DNA from: Okamejei kenojei
Lineage: Eukaryota
Length of the DNA stretch: 64,000 bases
Direction: 5' to 3'
Assembly: GCA_035221665.1 (NCBI GenBank)
Contig: CM069164.1
Coordinates: 14,508,001 to 14,572,000 of the forward strand
A program made the translations under genes and the position numbers. Shown here in pieces: positions 63,957 to 64,000 of the stretch. Below the pieces are notes generated by a model, which saw only the letters and a program-made list of their open reading frames with translations, ran no database searches and had not been told where the DNA came from. Numbering within the stretch: the first letter of the stretch is position 1; each line of letters starts with the position of its first letter.

Positions 63957-64000
63957 GTAGTGGGTGATGCATATATTTTATTGGAAATAAAAATGTAAAA

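Overview
Eukaryotic (vertebrate) genomic DNA. The repeat content (HE1-type SINEs, CR1, Penelope and Rex1/Babar families) points to a cartilaginous fish, probably a skate or ray (inference). The whole window lies inside one + strand gene, SPG11 (spatacsin). I could join 24 consecutive coding exons, equivalent to human exons 3-26 as I recall them, at GT..AG junctions into one phase-consistent open frame of 4172 nt (about 1390 codons). The start and stop codons lie outside the window. The intron after the first visible exon is a U12 (minor spliceosome) intron. The other introns are full of transposable element relics. The most striking observation is a 142-bp insertion at 18516-18657 with a target-site duplication (TSD) and a (GAA)n tail. 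It begins with a complete, minimal HDV-like self-cleaving ribozyme fold in the sense orientation of the SPG11 pre-mRNA. Many small Penelope-derived inserts also carry hammerhead-like cores and form inverted-repeat hairpins. Most ORFs in the supplied track are spurious or TE-derived.
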